Both the position numbers and the translations under genes were made by a program. A DNA stretch of 64,000 nt from Scenedesmus sp. PABB004 (Eukaryota). Numbering within the stretch: the first letter of the stretch is position 1; every line of letters begins with the position of its first letter. The stretch spans positions 372,001 through 436,000 of the forward strand of contig JABVCE010000020.1 of NCBI GenBank assembly GCA_014905635.1, in the 5' to 3' direction. This document shows positions 59,199 to 64,000 of this stretch, piece by piece. The notes beneath the pieces were generated by a model that did no database searches, was not told the DNA's origin, and saw nothing but the letters and a program-made list of their open reading frames with translations.

Positions 59199-60284
59199 AT
59201 GTCGACGGAGAACCCGGTCGTCATTGACCTCGGCAGCGAGAGCATCAAAGCCGGCTACGCCCACGCCGTGCCGAGCGAGGGCGAGCCGCGCATCGTCACG
59301 CCCTCGCTCGTGGCCGTCGCGGGCGGGCGCCGCCGCCGCGTGATCGAGCGCGGCGCGGTCGCCGACTGGGACGGCCTCGACGCGACGCTGCACCACCTGC
59401 TCTACGAGCAGCTCGGCTGGGCGCCGGGGTCGGAGGGCGCGGCGCTGTTCGTGGAGCCGCTGCTCGTCGGCAAGGCCCAGCGCGAGGGCCTCGCGCAGCT
59501 CATGTTTGAGGGGTTTAACGTAATGGGCTTCTTCACGCACGACTGCGCCGCGCTCTCGCTCTTTGCGACCGGCGCGCTGACCGGCCTCGCGGCCGACGTC
59601 GGGCACGGCACGGTCGACGTCGCGGCGGTCGTCGAGGGCACGACGCACGCGCCGAGCGCGGCGCGGCTCGGCTTTGCCGGCGAGGAGCTCACCGCGCACC
59701 TCGGCGCGCTGCTCGCGGGCGACGCGCAGGGCCTCGCGCCGGCGCAGCTCGGCGCGCTCAAGGTCGCGTGCGCGGCGGTCGCGCCGTCGGCGGCCGCGTT
59801 TGCGGCCGCATGCGGCGGCGGCGGCGGCGCCGCGGCGGCGCCGCAGGAGTACACGCTGCCGGACGGCACCGTGTTCTCCGCGCCGCCCGCGGCCGGCCTC
59901 GGCGTCGGCGAGGCGCTGCTCGAGCCGGCGCGGCTCGGCCGCGCCGGGCCGGGGCTGGTGGACGCGATGCTCGAGGTCCTCGGCGAGCAGAGCGACGCGT
60001 CGGCGAAGCGCGCCGTCGCGGAGCGCGTGCTGCTCGCCGGCGGCGGCGCGTGCGCCGACGGGCTCGGCCGCCGCGTGCTGTCCGAGCTGCGCGGCCAGCT
60101 GCCGCCGGGCGTGTCGCCGGGGCTCGCGGCGCTGCCTGAATACATGGCGCTGCCGGGGCCCGCGTACGTGCCCTGGGTCGGGGGCGCGGTCATGGCCAAG
60201 CTGGTCGCCCACCAGGGCCATTTCATGGTCAAGGCCGAGTACGAGGAGATTGGGCCCAGCGCGGTGCACCGCAAGTGCGCGTGA
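59199..60284 (+). CDS. ARP7: Actin-related protein 7 (plant-type nuclear ARP), intronless
   Basis: VVIDLGSESIKAG, LHHLLYEQLGWAPGSEG, REGLAQLMFEGFNVMGFF, DVGHGTVDVAAVVEG, YTLPDG, LPEYM, WVGGAVMAKLV and EYEEIGPSAVHRKC. CAG/GGC repeats lie upstream of the ATG. Confidence 0.85.
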   Translation: MSTENPVVIDLGSESIKAGYAHAVPSEGEPRIVTPSLVAVAGGRRRRVIERGAVADWDGLDATLHHLLYEQLGWAPGSEGAALFVEPLLVGKAQREGLAQLMFEGFNVMGFFTHDCAALSLFATGALTGLAADVGHGTVDVAAVVEGTTHAPSAARLGFAGEELTAHLGALLAGDAQGLAPAQLGALKVACAAVAPSAAAFAAACGGGGGAAAAPQEYTLPDGTVFSAPPAAGLGVGEALLEPARLGRAGPGLVDAMLEVLGEQSDASAKRAVAERVLLAGGGACADGLGRRVLSELRGQLPPGVSPGLAALPEYMALPGPAYVPWVGGAVMAKLVAHQGHFMVKAEYEEIGPSAVHRKCA

Positions 60285-60584
60285 CGATGAGCAGCAGCGC
60301 GGGACGGGCGCGGGGCGGGCGCGCGGCGGCGCAGCGCGCGGCGGCGCAGCGCGCCGCGGGGCCCCGCGCGCGCGCGCGGCGGGCGTGGGCTGCCGGGGCG
60401 AGGCGGCGGCACCGCGGCCGCGGCCGTCCGGCTGTTACCCTGTGCACGCCGTCCACCACCAGCCGCCCTCCCGCCGTCCTGCCTATAGCTAGCTAGTGGG
60501 TTCGCGCCCGCCTCGCTCTCCCCGGCGCCTCCTGCAGTCGCGCGTCCCCCCCCCTCCTCAACCGGACCCACGCGTCACACCCGT

Positions 60585-63500
60585 CTAGACCTGCACGCTG
60601 GCGGCGGCCGGGGGCACGGCAGGCGCCGCCCCCGCCGGCTCGGCGGGCTGCGCGGCGGGCGCCGCAGCCGCCCCAGCTGCCGCCGCAGGCTCCGCCGCTG
60701 CCGCCGCCGGCTGCTCCGCCGCCCCGGCCGCCAGCTGCGCGGCCGCCGGCTCCGATGCCGGCTGCTCCGCTGCCGGCTGCGCCACCGCCGCAACCGCCGC
60801 CGGCGCCGGCTGCTCGGCCGGCGCCGGCTGGTCGGCTGCCGCCGGCTGCTCGGCCGGCGCCGCCGGGGCCTGCTGGGGCTGCTCCTCCAAGGCCAAGAAG
60901 GCCCCAGGGCCGCTGAAGTAGGCGTACTGCGGCCGCGGCGCCGGGGCGACCTGCAGCATGGCAGGATCAAACCCGGAGAGCCCGGTGAAACCCCGGAACG
61001 GCATCGACCTCTGCGGCGGCTCCGCGACTGGCGCGGGCGCCTGCGCCGCGGGCGCCGCGGGCGCCGCAGCCGCAGGCACCTCGGCCGCGGGCGCCGCGGA
61101 CGCCGCCGCCGCAGGCGCCGCTGCGGCAGGCGCCTCGGCCGCGGGCGCCGTCGCCGGCTGCGCCTCAGTCGTGGGCGTGGCCGCGGGCTGCTGCGCGGCC
61201 GGCTGCTGGGCCGCGGCGGGCGCCGGGGCAGCGGCCGCCGGCGCGGCCACGGCCGCGGGCGCGGGCTCCGCCGACAGGCTGCCCGCCTCGGGCGCCAGCT
61301 GCCCCGCCGCCGGCGCAGCGCCCGCGGGCGCGGCGGCGGGCGCAGCCGCGGCGGCGGCCACGGGGCGGCCGCGTCGGCGGCGGCCTTGGCCGCGTCGACG
61401 GCGGCCTTGGCCGCCTGCGCGTCGCGCGCCGCCTGCAGGCCGGGCACGAACTTGGAGAGCACGTTCTTGATGCCAGACAGGGTCGGCCCGGGGCTGGCGG
61501 TGCCGTTGGCGGGCGCAGTGGCGTTGCCCTCCTCGCCGACCGCCGCGACGCCGACCGGGCTCGCGCCGCCGCCTCGCTTGTCCGCGGCGGTGGCGCCGCC
61601 CTCGCCCGCGCGCGCCGCGAGCGCGCCGAGCAGGCCCGACAGGTCGGGCCGCGCGGGGCGCGCCGGCGCGCCGGCGGTGCCGTTGCCCGCCGCCGCGGCC
61701 AGCCCGCCCGGCGACGCCGCGGCGCCGCCGAGGCCGGGCAGGCCGGGGAAGGGCTTGAAGAGCTCGGTGATGCTGGGGAAGAGGTTGGCCTTGGCCTCGC
61801 CACCGTGCGGGTCGAGCAGCTCCGTGAGGTTGACCTTGGGCAGCGCCTGACTAATCGCAAACATGACCTCGTTCTTGGTCATGTTGTTGAGCCCCGCGGT
61901 GGTGAGGTTTAGCAGCGCCGCGCCGACGCCCGGCGCGGCGCCGGGCGGCGCGTCGGAGCAGTCGCAGATGGTCCAGAGCTTTGACATAAACACGCCCGCC
62001 AGCCCCGCGGGGCGGCCGTCCTCGCCGAGCGTGACGCTCGAGGGCGTCGCGTCGAGGCAGGGCGCGCCGAGGAAGCGCGCGGCCGAGGGGTGCACGGCCG
62101 CCGCGTCGCCGCCGAGCGCGACGACCGTGCCGACGCAGTTGCCGCCAAACGGGTCGGTCGTGCAGCCCGGCACGGCGAGGCGGCACGCGAGCCCCGCGCA
62201 CTCGGGCGCGCCGCCAAAGCCGGCGCCCGCGTTGGTGCCGTAGCAGATCGTGCCCGGCACGTCGCGCCCGACGCCGCTGATGACGCAGCTGCTGCTCGCG
62301 CACTTGCCACTGCTGAAGCAGCAGCCGCCCTTGCAGGCCGAGGTCGTGAACGGCGCGTTCCAAACGCAGTAGCTGAACTGGTTCATGCTCGCGCCCTCGT
62401 TGCACATGTCGCGCCGCGGCGCGCACGACGCGGGGTCGTCGTTGCGCGGCGGCGCGCCAAACACGCCCGCCTCCCACGCGAGCGTGCCGGAGCACTTGGA
62501 GCCGCCCCACACAAACTGCAGCTGCTGCAGCGGCCCGGGCTTGCCGTCTGCGCGCGCAGGGGTGGGGGGGGGGGGGGGCGGGGCGACGGGCGTGTGGGCC
62601 GCAGCGGCCGGCGGGGGAGCGGAGTGGCGCGGCGCCGCCGTCGCCGCGCGGCGCGCGCCCCTCACCCACGACGCCCTGGAAGCCGCGCAGCGAGAGCAGC
62701 TGGCCGCCGGTCTTGTTCGCCGCGCTCGTCGCGAGCGGCGCGGGGCTGGACGCCGAGCCGACCGCGAGGCTGCGGCCGGCGCTGGTGGTAAGCTTGACGT
62801 ACTCGATGCACCTGCGGCCACGCGGCATCAGCCACGCGGGCGGGCCGTGAACGCAGGGGCGCCGCCGCGGCCGCGGCCGCGGCGCCGTCGGGGCCGCGGC
62901 AGCGGCGCCGGCCGGGCCGCGGTACGCCGCCAGCTGCTGCTGCTTGAGGCGCTCTGGGCTCCCGGGGCGGCCAGGGCTGTGGCCACGAGGCCGCACTCAC
63001 TTGCCGGCCTTGTACTCGGCCTTGGTCACCGCCTCGCCCGGGTGCATCTTGAGCGCGGCCTCGGTCGTGTTGGCCGACACGCCGAGCATGCCCGGCAGCG
63101 GCGCGCCGGTCGCGCTCGAGAACGCGACCTTGGCGCCGCGCAGGCAGCCCGAGGGCTTGGAAAAGTACAGCGACACCTGCGCCGCGTGCGAGGTTGGCGT
63201 TGGGGGCCTGCGCAGCGCGCAGCGCGGCGCGCCGCGGCGCGGCGCAGCGCGGCGGCCCCGCGACGCTGCGGCAATCAGCGTGACATGAATTGCCTCCGCT
63301 GCCACTGCCGCACCTGCACCAGCGGGCCGCGCGCCGCGAGCGGGGCGTGGTCCACAAACTTTGCGCCGCTCTGCTTGGTGCCGATGAACGGCGACACCCC
63401 CGCCGGGGACGTCTTGCAGGCCGGGCCGTTGCCCTGGGCTGCGGGCCAGGCGGGCGGGCGAGCTGTGGGCCCGCGCGCTGCGTGCCGGGTGCGCGCCGGG

Positions 63501-63673
63501 CAGCTCCGCGGCGGGCTGGCCGCGCGCCGCCAGCAGCGCAGTTGGCGGCGGCAGCGCCGCGGCGCCCCGCACGCCCTGCCGCTGCGACACCAGGCGTTAG
63601 ACTCACCCAGGGCGTGCGCGGCCAGCAGGAGCAGCGAGGCTGCCGCCAGCCGGGCGCGCGCGGGAGCGCGCAT
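60585..63673 (-). CDS. Secreted protein: jacalin-like lectin domain, Cys-rich region and Ala/Pro-rich tail; apparent 1-nt frameshift near 61363
   Basis: Signal peptide LAAASLLLLAAHALG. LKMHPGEAVTKAEYKAGKCIEYVKLTTSAGRSLAVG...LLSLRGFQG...LQQLQFVWG is jacalin-like. It is followed by a Cys-rich block and AP/AEQP repeats ending at the stop at 60585. Confidence 0.65.
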
Positions 63674-64000
63674 CTTTCCCGCCCCGCGCGGGCGCTGCTC
63701 CACCGCGAGCTCCCGCCCGCCGTGAGTAGCTGAACGTGAGCTCAGGAGAGCTGAAGCGCCTGGTTTCAGAGCTGCCTGAGCCCGCAGCGGCCGGGGCGGT
63801 AGAGAAGCGAGCCCGCTCCCTGGCGCGACCAGGCCGCGCGAGACGCTGCGACTGCGTGTGTGGGTGGCAATCTCGCTGGCGCGACGCCCCGATGCGGCCT
63901 GGCCTGGTTCAGCCCGAGCTGCAAGCGCGCGCGGAAGCAGCTGAGCGGCCAGGTCTCCTTCGATCCGGCGGCCTCCACGCCCACGCCACACGCGCTCACA

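Overview
Very GC-rich (roughly 75-80% by eye), intron-dense eukaryotic nuclear DNA. It is most likely from a chlorophyte green alga, given a nuclear intron-containing plastid FtsZ2, plant-type BIN4 and ARP7, TGTAA poly(A) signals and TTTAGGG telomere-type repeats. Most long six-frame ORFs are artefacts of stop-codon scarcity. The real genes were rebuilt by hand from exon fragments, so exon boundaries are approximate. Genes in order: 5' part of an outer-arm dynein beta heavy chain (-, runs off the left edge); BIN4 (-); TANGO2/NRDE (+); DUF2322-like (-); SurE (+); a 9.2-kb LRR-TM-tandem class III nucleotidyl cyclase receptor (+); formamidase (-); then an accessory block (duplicated 3' exon fragment, 35-unit TTTTGG satellite, orphan coiled-coil gene, secreted Cys-rich/LRR gene); a 10.8-kb Pmp-repeat multi-pass membrane protein (-); FAM161-like (-); isoaspartyl peptidase/asparaginase (-); FtsZ2 (-); EEF2KMT-like methyltransferase (-); intronless ARP7 (+); and a secreted jacalin-like Ala/Pro-rich protein (-). 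Most interesting: the LRR receptor with two complementary cyclase domains, a 161-nt hairpin in a dynein intron, the E2F-motif satellite inside a block bracketed by a direct duplication, frequent GC-AG introns, and intronic telomere-type heptamers. Several single-base frameshifts at G/C runs look like assembly errors.
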